Assembly (NCBI RefSeq): GCF_006345805.1
Contig: NC_043011.1
Location: forward strand, 48,248,464-48,312,463
Direction of reading: 5' to 3'
DNA length: 64,000 nt
Source: Octopus sinensis
Taxonomy: Eukaryota
Shown here: piece by piece, positions 49,259 through 61,960 of the stretch
Numbering within the stretch: position 1 is the stretch's first letter
How the letters are laid out: each line of letters opens with the position of its first letter
Notes under the pieces: model-generated
Seen by the model: the letters and a program-made list of their open reading frames with translations, nothing else
What the model was told of the DNA's origin: nothing
Databases searched by the model: none
Translations under genes and position numbers: made by a program

Positions 49259-49908
49259 ACATGTAATTGAACTGTTTTATATTGTTGAATATAAAGATTA
49301 TAAATGTATACACACTGATGTTGGATAATGTAATTCTTAAGGCATACTTTCATAACTGTGGAACCAGTGCATGTGCTCCCTGCATTTGCTTCAGGTTTCT
49401 TTACATTAGAAGGAAAGGTAGGGTGGACCGAATGATGGAACTGAATAGTACACGTCACATTGTATGTAATTATAGGGAACATGAGGAAGAGGCAAGTAAG
49501 TATTTCAAGAACAAACAGCAGATTGCATTTTTATGTACATCTGATGTGTAGAAATACACAAACATACACAACAAAACGAAGAATAGCTTATATGGAATAC
49601 AGTAAAAGAAGAAGAAAAGGGGGATAGAAAGAGAGAGAGAGAGAGAAAGATGAGTTGTATTAAATTAGATTAACTATTATACGTAATGATATCAGTACCC
49701 AGTCTCAATTTCAATTAAGTTGGAATTAATATATATATACACACACATATATATATATATGCATACAAGTATATATATATATATGTATATATGTGTGTGT
49801 ACATATGCATAAATACATACACATATCTATGTATGTACACACATATGTATAAGTTATGTCTACATATGTAATTATGTATGTACATACACACATTCATACA
49901 TATATATA

Positions 49909-49958
<50 letters not shown>

Positions 49959-50046
49959 CATATATGTATATATATATATATCGTTTTAGAAAAACATAAA
50001 TCCAGTGAAGAAGTACACACTCTCTCTCTCTCTATATATATATATA

Positions 50047-50087
<41 letters not shown>

Positions 50088-50375
50088 TTTTATATAGATA
50101 TGCATGTTTTTATCTGTTTGGGTTGTTTTTTTCATTTTATATCCTTCTTGTTTCTAGCATTTCCTGTTTCTAATGTCTTCACATGTCTTCAAAAGTACAG
50201 AATTACAGAACAATTTGCTAGCAAAGAATATCAATAACTGCATCTGATGAGGTTTCAGACCAACATATAAAATGCTTGCATTCATATACACCCACATACA
50301 CACATACACATTGGGCTTCCATACAGTTTCCTACTAATTTTAATCACAAGGAATTCGTTGGCCTGATGGTACTGT

Positions 50376-50758
50376 TGCTGCTGTTGCTGTTGAGCGAAGC
50401 AGTCTTCGTCCCAGAGTTCGCAGTGGGAGAAGTCCGAATCATGGTCCTTTGCTATTCGTAAGACCCGCAGAAGAGAAAGCAGGTCAACCCCCGACATCGA
50501 GAGCATCAACAAATGGATGAATGCGCATCCAGGCTCAGCGGTTGCGTAGGAAGTCGGGGACAAGAATCAGGAAGAAAAAATGAGAGAAAGTTGGGGGCGA
50601 AAGAGTATAACAGGGGTCACCACCACCCCCTGACAGAGCCTTGTGGAGCTTTAGGTGTTTTCGCTCAATAAACACACACAACGCCCGGTCTGGGAATCGA
50701 AACCGCGATCCTTCGACCGCGAGTCCGCTGCCCTAACCACTGAGCCATTGTGCCTCCA
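50376..50758 (-). mobile_element. SINE C, full length
   Basis: TSD CTGATG(G/C)TACTGT at 50363-50375 and 50759-50771. Confidence 0.9.
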
Positions 50759-51789
50759 CTGATGCTACTGTAAAAGACACTTGCTCAAAGTGATACACAG
50801 TATGATAGAACTCAAAGCCTTGGTGCTATGAAGTGATCTCAGAGATTCCACAGAGCCTTGCCTGTGTTGTGTGAGTGGGCGAGATTTATATATTCTATGA
50901 ACTAGATCATGCGATATAAAAGAACAGATATAGGATGTGGAACAAATACCGAAAAAAATAAAGAGAAAAACTAGACATAATAACACACACACGAAAACAA
51001 AAGAAAAACAGAAATAAATGAAAATAAAATGGTAACACAAATCTCTCTAAGCTGCTTATTTGTGGAAACAATAAGTGAATATTTTAAAATAGCATGTTGT
51101 CAAATACTTCTCATTAAACTGGGCAGAATATATACATATAATGCATTAAAAAATATCGCCGTGAAAACTCATCAGGCTAATGAATTTTTACATCATTCAG
51201 ACAATGAATGAAAGTAAAAATTCAGAATTCCTATATTAAATTATCTTATTTGATTTATTTAGCAACAGACAGGATTTGTAAATTTTTCTCTTCCATCATC
51301 CAGTCTCTGAATACAGTTAAAAAGAAAGAGAAATAATATCAAATAAACACAGGTATTATGCTAGAAAAATATATGTATATTTGTACAAAAATAATTGCTT
51401 GTCTGCTTGCTGCAGAAGAGATTTTGTGTAGTTTGATTTATGTCCTGTGATACGCCATTAGGTTTTTTTTGCTCCTATATTTTTGTTCCTGCAAATTACA
51501 ACACCAACAACAACAGCAACAACAATATTTTCCGGTATTCTATGGTTAAGTGATTGTTAACTGCAAGGAATGAAAGCAAGCAAGCTAGAATATCAGGAAT
51601 ATAAAAAAATAAAATGCTGTCACTGTATTAACAATGATACACCGTAAATGAAAGGGTTCCTGTTAAAACTCCATCAAAGTAAAACCTAGATTCCCAAATA
51701 GAAAGGATCGATTTGAAAATGTAGTCCTTGATGCAACATGTCTTAATAAAATGAGGGCTGCTCATCTTTTTATCTTTTGCCTTATATCA

Positions 51790-51997
51790 TTTATTTGTTT
51801 CAGTCATTTGTCTGCGACCATGCTGGAGCACCATCTTTAGCCGAGCTAATCGACCCCAGGACTTATTCTTTGTAAGCCTAGTACTTATTGTATCGGTCTC
51901 TTCGGCTGAACCACTAAGTTACGTGGACGTAAACACACCAGCATCGGTTGTCAAGCAATATTGGGGGAACAAACACAGACAAACAACATATGCACAC

Positions 51998-52096
<99 letters not shown>

Positions 52097-52250
52097 TACG
52101 ATGGGCTTCTTTCAGTTTCCATCTACCAAATCCACTCATGAGGCTTTGGTTGGCCTGAGGCTATAGTAGAAGAGACTTGCCCAAGATGCCACGCAATGGG
52201 AATGAACCCGGAACGATGTTGTTGGTAAGCAAGCTATTTACCACACAGCC
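51790..52250 (-). mobile_element. SINE A
   Basis: Reverse complement of family A. Confidence 0.9.
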
Positions 52251-52489
52251 ATTCTAATCATAGACCTGCATGATTAGCACCGATCTAAGCAAATCTGTAG
52301 CAAACTAAACCTCAAAATTATATTTTATCTTTTCATCTTTATTTGCTTCAGTCATTTGATTGTGGCCATATTGGGGCTCTGCCTTGAAGGGTTTAGCTGA
52401 ACAAACTGACCCCAGTACTTATTTATGCTTCCTACTTATCTTTTTTTTCGTCAAACTTCTAAGTTATGGGGACATAAACAAATCCAATA

Positions 52490-52873
52490 CACTTTTACTC
52501 TTTTAATTTGAATGCGACCATGCTGGAGTACTGCTTTTAGTCGAAAAAATCAAGCCCGGGATTTATTCTTTGTAAGCCCAGTACTTATTCTATCGAACTC
52601 TTTTGCTGAACCACTAAGTGGTGGGGACATAAACACACCAGCATTGATTGTCAAGTAATGCTAGGGGGACAAACACAGACACACAAACATGCACACACAT
52701 ATATATACATATATACGATGGGCTTCTTTCAGTTTCCGCCTACCAAATTCATTCACAAGGCTTTGGTCAGCCCAAGGCTATAGTAAAAGACACTTGCTCA
52801 AGGTGCCATGCAGTGGGACTGAACCTGGAACCATGTGGTTCGTAAGCAAGCTACTTACCACACAGCCACTCCT
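52490..52873 (-). mobile_element. SINE A
   Basis: Reverse complement of family A; an older tail fragment lies at 52335-52480. Confidence 0.85.
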
Positions 52874-53052
52874 GCCAAAAAATTATTACTCTTTTTAAAT
52901 CTCACAACGTGATATATTCAGCAGCAGTACTTTGTAGGAAAGATTGTTTGCCAACATAACATGGCAGTCCTGGTTTAGGACTAATGTTTCTGTAATTTAG
53001 CCCCAGGAGACATATATATACATATATATATATATATTATATATATATATGT

Positions 53053-53293
53053 ATTAGAAATGGAAACCAAAACAATAAATTGAACAATTAAATAATTTAA
53101 TCATTAAATGATAATTTCAATTCAATTTTACTATTTTATATAAAGAAATGACACTTCTCATCTGTTTCAACTCTATTAATAAAAACAAGTTTTTCAAGAA
53201 TAATAAAATATCGTTTAGATATAATGAGGTTTCATCAGATTGACATATCTTCTTAAATACGTTTAGTTTATTGTTTTGGCTTCCATTTCTAAT
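53053..53293. mobile_element. (TA)-flanked element with about 27-bp terminal inverted repeats
   Basis: ATTAGAAATGGAAACCAAAACAATAAA at 53053 and its near reverse complement at 53267-53293. Confidence 0.65.
53147..53241 (-). ncRNA. Type I hammerhead-like motif with intact core and long loop II
   Basis: Minus strand AAT-CTGATGA-AACCTC..GAGTT-GAAA-CA(GATGAGAAG)TGT-C-ATT; GUC triplet; stem I only 3 bp. Confidence 0.4.
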
Positions 53294-53965
53294 CTATATT
53301 TATATATTGATAAACTGTATGTTTATTTTATTTATTTACCTATTTGTTAAGAGCGATATTTCATAACATTGTTATTGACGTATGTAAAAAAACAGTAAAT
53401 TCTTCAGTTCTTTAATATCCTTAGGTGGCTATTTAACACCTAGCTAAATTGTTATATAATATATATATATAATATATATATGATGGGCTTCTTTCAGTTT
53501 CCCTCAACCAAATCTACTCACAAGGCCTTGGCCAGCCTGAATCTGTAGAAGGCACTTTCTCATGGTGGCATACAGTTAGGCTAAGTCTGGAACCATGTGG
53601 ACAATATTAAGTTTAAAGAGCCCAAAGATATTGACTAACTGGTGATTGAGTATAATCATTATCGTCAAACAAGAAGAACCAAGTTGTTGATTGAAAAGCA
53701 AAGGCCTTTGTGTGGTATGGCTTACTGATTGATAATTTCAGTCCACAACCAAGTGATCTTAGGTTCAATCTCACTGCAAGGCAGCCTGTCTGATATGTGT
53801 GGGGGTTGGAATGCATACATGTATGTGAGTGTATCTACACGAAAATTCTAATTTCTATTTTTCATATGAGATTACCCGACCAAAAGAAACAGTATTCTTG
53901 CGTTTCCATACGTTTTGAATATAAAATCCTGTAGCTCTGCTCTCTTGAAATAGTGGAAGTACATA

Positions 53966-54160
53966 CCCTTTAACCAGTCGTATCTGGTTCAGATATTCTA
54001 CCAGATCAAGCTTCTCACACCTAACCTACTACATTATTTTAAAAATAAACAGCCACAATATTGAAATCCTGAAGCTATGAAATTATACATGATTCCTTCC
54101 AGGTCTTGTAAATGAATATGCATTACATTTGACTGAGAAATCTGAATGCTAAAGAGTTAA
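53966..54160. mobile_element. piggyBac-type MITE, partial
   Basis: Right end ATCTGAATGCTAAAGAGTTAA with TTAA; left end degenerate. Confidence 0.45.
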
Positions 54161-54179
54161 TTATAAAACAGATAAAGAT

Positions 54180-54590
54180 TCTCTTTTACTTGTTTCAGTC
54201 ATTTGACTGCGACCATGCTGGAGCACTGCCTTTAGTCGAGCAAAACGACCCCAAGACTTATTCTTTGGCAGCCTAGTACTTATTCTGTTGGTCTCTTTTG
54301 CCAAACCGCTAAGTTACAAGGATGTAAACACACCAGTATCGGTTGTCAAATGATGCTAGGGTGGGGGGCTGGACAAAGACAGACATGCAAACATACAGAT
54401 ACATATACATATATATACATATATACGACGGGCTTCTTTCAGTTTCCGTCTACCAAATCCACTCACACAGCTTTGGTCGGTCCGAGGCTATAGTAGAAGA
54501 CACTTGCCGAAGGTACCACACAGTGGGAATGAACTCTGAACCATGTGGTTGGTAAGCAAGCTACTTACCACAGAGCCACTCCTGCACCTA
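54180..54590 (-). mobile_element. SINE A
   Basis: Reverse complement of family A. Confidence 0.9.
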
Positions 54591-54699
54591 TATTGATGAC
54601 AAGAAGGAGCATCCAGTTGTAAGATAAAACTGCTTCCATTTAGTACTTATGTCATCTGTACCAGCAAAGTAAAACAGATGCAGAGTGAATGAATGAACA

Positions 54700-55073
54700 T
54701 AGGGGCAGGAGTGGCTGTGTGGTAAGTAGCTTGCTAACGAACCACATGGTTCCGGGTTCAGTCCCACTGCGTGGCATCTTGGGCAAGTGTCTTCTGCTCT
54801 AGCCCCGGGCCGACCAATGCCTTGTGAGTGGATTTGGTAGACGGAAACTGAAAGAAGCCTGTCGTATGTCTGTGTGTGTGTTTGTTTCCTTCTCCCTTTA
54901 CCACTTGACAACCGGATTTCTTGCGTCTACATCTCCATAACTTAGCGGCAAAAGAGACTTGTGCAATAAGGACCAGGTTTAGAAATAAGCATTGGGGTTA
55001 ATTCATTCGCTTAAAAGTTCATGGCGGCGCCCAAGTATGGCCGCAATCTAATGACTTAAACAAGTAAAAGATG

Positions 55074-55075
<2 letters not shown>
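54700..55075 (+). mobile_element. SINE A with a young head and a diverged 3' half
   Basis: Head nearly identical to 55103-55268; tail strongly diverged. Confidence 0.8.
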
Positions 55076-55102
<27 letters not shown>

Positions 55103-55107
<5 letters not shown>

Positions 55108-55690
55108 GCAGGAGTGGCTGTGTGGTAAGTAGCTTGCTAACGAACCACATGGTTCCGGGTTCAGTCCCACTGCGTGGCATCTTGGGCAAGTGTCTTCTGC
55201 TCTAGCCCCGGGCCGACCAATGCCTTGTGAGTGGATTTCGTAGACGGAAACTGAAAGAAGCCTGTCGTATATATGTAATATATATATAATATATATATAT
55301 ATATATGTTAGGAAGGGCATTAGGAAGGGCATCCGGCTGTAGAAACATTGCCAGATTAGACTGGAGCCTGGTGCAGCCTTCTGGCTTCCCAGAACCCCGG
55401 TCGAACCGTCCAACCCATGCTAGCATGGAGAACGGACGTTAAACGACGATGATGATGATGATGATATGTGTATGTGTGTGTGTGTGTATTTGTCCCCCTA
55501 GCATTGCTTGACAACCGGTGCTGGTATGTTTACGTCCCTGTCACTTAGCGGTTCGGCAAAAGAGATCAATAGAATAAGTACTGGGCTTACAAAGAATAAG
55601 TCCCGGGGTCGATTTGCTCGACTAAAGGCGGTGCTCCAGCATGGCCACACACAGTCAAATGACTGAAGCAAGTAAAAAGAGTAAAAAGAG
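55103..55690 (+). mobile_element. SINE A with a nested RTE 3' tail (55308-55465)
   Basis: Head, TA run, RTE end with (GAT)n, then the family A 3' half. Confidence 0.85.
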
Positions 55691-56139
55691 TATATACATC
55701 TATAGTTTTTATTTATATTGTAGTATAAAAAATAAATGTGCTCGATACAACTTTAGGTCGACATGGGCAGAGTTTATATTTGTTAATTCATTAGATTCTC
55801 AAAACTTGGTTTTGTTAGGTCAGTTGACTGTAGACAGCAACAAGTTCGAAAGTAATGAGATAACTGTAAATGCTCAAGGTGGCCTTCTTCTAACAGGGAG
55901 AGACAGTAGACTTTGCTTAAATTCTCAAAATCAAAATTTGAGCATGTTTACTTACAAATATATATGTATAATATATATATACGGATTTACACACGCATAT
56001 ATTCTAAACGTTTTTGTGGTTATACATATATGGACAATATATAAAAATATGCAGAGATATGTATAAACACACACAAACACACATATATATTTATAAATAC
56101 ATAGGTGTTAATATATGGGAGTTTACACAAACACAAACA

Positions 56140-56296
56140 TATATATATATCTATCTATCTCTATCTACCAGTCTATCTATCTAGCTATATGTACCTATCC
56201 ATCTATCTATGTATCTATCTATCTTTCTATCTATCTACCTATTTATCCATCCATCTATCTATGCATCTATCTATGTATCTATCTATCCATCTATCC

Positions 56297-56343
<47 letters not shown>

Positions 56344-56355
56344 CATCTATCTATG

Positions 56356-56391
<36 letters not shown>

Positions 56392-56480
56392 CATCCATCC
56401 ATCTATCTATCTATCTATCTATCCATCCATCTATCTATCTATGTATCTATCTATCCATCCATCCATCCATCCATCCATCT
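56140..56480. repeat. (TATC)n/(CATC)n tract
   Basis: Seen directly. Confidence 0.95.
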
Positions 56481-56939
56481 ATATATATATACACACACAC
56501 ATGTGTATGTGTGCACTTCTGCAAATATATATGTGTGTGTGTGTGTAATACACACAACACACACACATATATATACAAATGCGTGTATTCATACAGTAGA
56601 AAGGGAGTGGGAAGAGAATCAGGTGGGAAGTAACCAAATATAGAAATTGATTGTGAGCTGAAAGAGATTGAAAATTGAAGAAGTAAGACTGAAAGGTAAA
56701 AAGAGGAAAGAGTGAGAGGGAAGAAAAAGATGTGAAAGAAAGAAAGAAAAGAAGGAGAATGTAGAAATGACAACTAAAGGAGAGAAAGATTTATATTCAA
56801 ATATAGATACACAATTATAATGTGTTAGGAAATAACAATAGAGAAAAGACAGATTGATGCCAACAAAAGAAATGTTTGAAGTTGTTGAAGATGGAGCTGC
56901 CAATGGAAAACAGACGTTTCAGAAGTATTTCCTGATACA

Positions 56940-56999
56940 TACATATATATGTATATGTATGTATATATATATACATATATATATATATAATATATATAG

Positions 57000-57031
<32 letters not shown>

Positions 57032-57041
57032 GTATATATGC

Positions 57042-57081
<40 letters not shown>

Positions 57082-57158
57082 GCAAAATTATTTTAGCATT
57101 TTCTATTTTTTACTTGTTTTTTCATATATATCAACTCGTGTGTTCCTTTTCACCCATA

Positions 57159-57190
<32 letters not shown>

Positions 57191-57252
57191 CATGTACATA
57201 TATATATATATATACATGTACATATATATATACATGAACATATATATATATA

Positions 57253-57284
<32 letters not shown>

Positions 57285-57331
57285 ATATATACATATACAT
57301 ATATACATATATAATATACATATATATACAT

Positions 57332-57373
<42 letters not shown>

Positions 57374-57503
57374 ATATATATATATATACATATATATACA
57401 TATATATACACACATATACATATATATACATATATATACACACATATACATATACATATACATACATATATACATATAAATATACATACATATACATATA
57501 TAC

Positions 57504-57536
<33 letters not shown>

Positions 57537-57730
57537 CATATATACATATACATATATATATATATATACATATATATATATGTATATATATATACATATA
57601 TATATTTATATATATATACGTGCATACTTTAAAAACATAGATACTTATGTGTACAGACATATAAACACATGCACATACTAATATATCTACATATCGATAT
57701 TATATATATATATATATTGATATATATTAT
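56940..57730. repeat. Long (TA)n/(TACA)n compound tract
   Basis: Seen directly. Confidence 0.95.
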
Positions 57731-58360
57731 GTACAAAAGAAAATTATGTTTGAATTGAATAGAAAAAAATCAGTACAGCCAAGAATGAGGAATTCAAAAA
57801 ATTGTTTTGTTGACATTACAACAAATGCATCCATCATAAGCAAAAAATTGAAAACGGAATATCTATAGTTGTGTATGTATGAATGAATGACTGATATATA
57901 TATATATAGTTACACACATAAGATACACACGCTCACACACACACACTTTGTTGTATCTTAGGAGAATAATTTTTTTCCAATATGGAATACATACACAAAT
58001 ATTTTTTCACTCCTTTTTTATTTTATTAGTTAACTATCCGTTACCTAATCAATTATTTGATTAAGCCAATCAATCAATCAGTTGACACATCAGAAGAATT
58101 CTGTTATCCTTTGTGACTTTGTTAATGAGATGCCCTTGTTACTCCAAGTTTGTCCCATTTTCCCCAAATCCTAGTCTTTCAAACCTCAACAGAACTACCA
58201 AGTCAGAGGAAGCAAATGTACGTCCTGATACAAGAACTCCATATACAAATGACAAACTAGAATTTAACAGGCCAGATTACAATGATATTATTTGATAATG
58301 TTTGATAGGTGGGGAGCTGGCAGAATCATTACCATGCAAGACAGAAATTCTTTGCACAAC

Positions 58361-58476
58361 AAAGTTCTTCCCTTCCAGATTATTTCCCAGACTTTTCTCT
58401 TACTGACTACCACTTTTTCAAGTACCTTGATTGTTTTCTGCGAGAGGAGTTCAAAAATCAAACCAATGCTGAAAGT
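58361..58476 (+). pseudogene. Mariner transposase C-terminal fragment
   Basis: DYFPDFSLTDYHFFKYLDCFLREEFKNQTNAES matches the mariner YSPDLxPTDYHFFKHLDNFL...F.NQ segment. Confidence 0.7.
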
Positions 58477-58477
58477 G

Positions 58478-58895
58478 TATAGGAGTGGCTGTGTGGTAAA
58501 TATTTTGCTTACGAATCACATGGTTCCAGGTTCAGTCCCACTGTGTGGTACCTTGGGCAAGTGTCTTCTACTATAACCTTGGGCCAACTAAAGCTTGTGA
58601 GTGGATTTGGTAGACGGAAACTGAAAGAAACCCATCCTATGTATGTATATATATATATATATGTATGTATGTATGTGTGTGTATATGTTTGTGTGTCTGT
58701 GTTTGTTCTCCCACAATATCACTTGATAACTGATGCTGGTATGTTTACATCCACGTAACTTAACAGTTCGGCAAAATAGACTGATAGAATAAGTACTAGG
58801 CTTACAAAGAATAAGTTCTGGGGTCGATTTGCTTGACTAAAGGCAGTGTTCCAACATGGCCACAGTCAATGAATGAAACAAGTAAAAGAGTGAAA
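58478..58895 (+). mobile_element. SINE A
   Basis: Family A head, microsatellite and tail. Confidence 0.9.
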
Positions 58896-59624
58896 GAGCA
58901 ATTCATACATCTCTACATTCTGAGTTCAAATTCTGTCATGGTCAACTTTGTCTTTTATTCCTTTCAGATTTGATGAAGGAAGTACCAGTCAAAAACTGCG
59001 GATCATGTAATCATCTTAACTCTTTCCAAAATTGCTGGCCTTGTGCCTAAATTTGAAATGAGAGAAGTATCTGTTCTAGTAACCAATTCCATCTGAAAAT
59101 TTAAAGGACAAGAATATGAAACTGAATGACAGGATACAATAAGCTGGAATTTTCCTTTTCAAAAATGCTGAGTTATCATCTTCTTTGTTGTGTTACCATA
59201 TGTGTAAACACAGTACTAACTATATCCTCACTATATAAACATTTTATGTCCACTTTACCATGCTGGCATGCTTGGATGGGTTATCATGTGTTAACCAAGT
59301 TTTTATTGGGGGTTATGGCCTTCCTAACCTTGTCCCATTCATACATTTCATCTGTGGCAAGGTTTCTATTTCTATGGCTAGGTGCAGTTCTTATGACTAA
59401 CCACTTTATAAAATATAAACCTTTTAATGTGGTACCATTACTAGAGAGCAGTTAAGGGAATCTGTGTTTTGTCTCTGTTCATTCACTAACCATAGGGTAC
59501 TGGCTGCAGTTTATCATAGAACAAGCCCCAGGGAGGTTACTTTATACATAGCAAGATTGAAGAGTCTTCTTTGCTTTATATTCTCCCTGTATATTTGTTA
59601 GTCACTTTATAGTGTACAACCGTA

Positions 59625-59940
59625 TGAGTGGCTGTGTGGTAAGTAGCTTGTTTACCAACCACATGGTTCTGGGTTCAGTCCCACAGCGTGGCGCTTTGGG
59701 CAAGTGTCTTCTACTATAGCCTCAGGTCAACCAAAGCCATCTGAGTGGATTTGGTAGACAGAAATTGAAAGAAGCCTGTCGTATATATGTATATATATGT
59801 GTGTGTGTGTGTGTATATGTTTGTGTGTCTGTGTTTGTCCTCCCAACATCGCTTGACAACCAATGTTGGTGTGTTTATGTCCACGTAACTTAGTGGTTCG
59901 ACCTAAGAGACCGATAGAATAAGTACTAAGCTTACAAAGA
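59625..59940 (+). mobile_element. SINE A (3' end missing)
   Basis: Family A sequence ending at CTTACAAAGAA. Confidence 0.85.
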
Positions 59941-60194
59941 AGGAACAAACAAAAAAAAACAAAGATGGGAGAATAAGGAAGAGCGAGTAAGAGTGATAAA
60001 TGGAAACAGAAGAGAGAGGGTTAAATATAAAAAATTACACATCACCATCGCCATTAACACTGCCTTAACCACTAATCCATGTGCCCGCATGACTAAGAGT
60101 TCCATTAAAATGGTAAATAAGTCTGAGGAATACTCCGCTGCCCTCTCTCTCTCTTTCGGAGAGGCACTGAGCAGCTATACACACACATACACAC

Positions 60195-60335
60195 ACGACA
60201 GTAACTTCCACCTACCGAATTCAATCACAAAGCTCCGGTCGGCTCGGGGCTATAGCGGAAGACACCTACCCAGTGCCACGCAGTGGGACTGAACCTGAAA
60301 CCATGTAGCTAGGAAGCAAGCTCCCTAACCACACA
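60195..60335 (-). mobile_element. SINE A head, diverged
   Basis: Reverse complement of the family A 5' half. Confidence 0.7.
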
Positions 60336-60914
60336 GCAAAAATTCCATGAACAGGGATTTCGTTGGTTAAATAACATGAGTACTGATTTGTGAGGCCAAT
60401 GGTGAATCCATCATGCATGGGACTTACACAAACCATGTGACTGAATACAGACACATGGTCTGTGTACTGTCAAGCCTGTTTTTCTGTTTTGTCTTGGAAT
60501 GATTCCTGTGTCTTATATTATTTACATTTAAATTCTTAGCAGCTAATTCATAGGCTGCAAATTAATTGACACAAAAAAAATTTCTTCAAAACCATTGTTA
60601 TCTTTCTCTTTCTTCTTTTTCTTTCTTTCTTTTGTCCTTTAGTTTTCAGAAAACATTTTATTTTTTAGCAAGTCTGGGAATTAGAAAATAATTATGCTTT
60701 TATTTGCAAATAAAGTTGTTGCGATTGATTTTTAAATAGAGGAAGAAATAAAGGTAAGAAAGAAAGAAAGAAAGAAAGAAATACAAAGGAGAATGAAGAA
60801 AGAAAAAGAAAGAAAAAATGACTGAGAATTTAAAAATTCAAGTTCACTGATATTGTTGGAAATGAATGAAGAAATTTCCATAGAAATTGTATATGAAATA
60901 ACAAATAACAAATA

Positions 60915-61430
60915 TGTATGTATGTGTGTGTGTATGTATGTATGTATGTATGTATGTATGTATGTATGTATGTATGTATGCATGTATATGTGTATGTATG
61001 TATGTATCTGTATGTATGTGCATGTGTGGATGGGTGTATGGGTGTGTATGTATCTATGTATGTATGTATGCATGTATATGTATCTGTATGTATGTATGTG
61101 TGTGTGTGGATGGGTGTATGTATGTATGTATGTGTGTATGTATGTGTGTATGTATGTATGTATGTATGTATGTATGTGTGTATGGATGTATGTATGCATG
61201 TATATGTGTATGTATGTATGTATCTGTATGTATGTGTGTGGATGGGTGTATGGGTGTGTATGTATCTATGTATGTATGTGTGTGTGTATCTATGTATGTA
61301 TGAATGTATATGTGCGTATGTATTTATGTATATGTGTGTGGGTGTGTGTATGTATGTTTGTGTGGGCGTGTGTATGTCTGTATGTATGTATGTATATGTG
61401 TGTATGTATATAAGTATGCATTTATGTATA
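60915..61430. repeat. (TATG)n/(TG)n tract with internal block duplications
   Basis: Seen directly; GTGTGGATGGGTGTATG recurs. Confidence 0.9.
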
Positions 61431-61431
61431 A

Positions 61432-61960
61432 GACGTGTTGAGGCAAGTGAGGATCAGAATCGAAATCGATCAATGGAAATTGCGGATGTGCTACCAGTGC
61501 CGGTGGCATGTCGAAACTCTGCTTGTGAAGACCCATTGAGGCAAGTGAGGATCAGAATCGAAATCGATCAATGGAAATCGATCAATGGAAATTGCAGATG
61601 TGTTACCAGTGCCGGTGGCATGTAAGAGAACTTTCCGTTTTGCGACCGTTGCCAGCACCGCCCTGTTTCGTGTCCGTTGCCAGCCTCGCCTGGCCCTCGT
61701 GCCGGTGGCACATAAAAAGCACCATCCGTTCGTGGCCGTTTGCCAGCTCTGTCTGGCACCAGTGCGGGTGGCACGTAAAAAGCACCCACTACACTCACGG
61801 AGTGGTTGGCGTTAGGAAGGGCATCCAGCCGTAGAAACACTGCCAGATTTGACTGGGCCTGATGAAGCCTTCTGGCTTCACAGACCCCAGTAGAACCGTC
61901 CAACCCATGCTAGCATGGAAAACGGACGCTAAATGATGATGATGATGATGATGATGATGA
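61432..61960 (+). mobile_element. RTE-type LINE 3' UTR with modular repeats and (GAT)n tail
   Basis: GTGCCGGTGGCA module four times, duplicated GAGGCAAGTGAGGATCAGAATCG block, terminal CCATGCTAGCATGG hairpin. Confidence 0.7.

Noticed and set aside
9843-49495. A single plus-strand multi-exon gene model joining the exon candidates
   Set aside because: Intron phases conflict between candidates, equally good candidates exist on the minus strand, and no peptide matches a protein I recognise.
61857-61890. CTGATGA-AGCC(TTCT)GGCT hammerhead-like stretch
   Set aside because: No GAAA follows stem II, and other copies read CTGGTGCAGCC, so the core is a chance variant.
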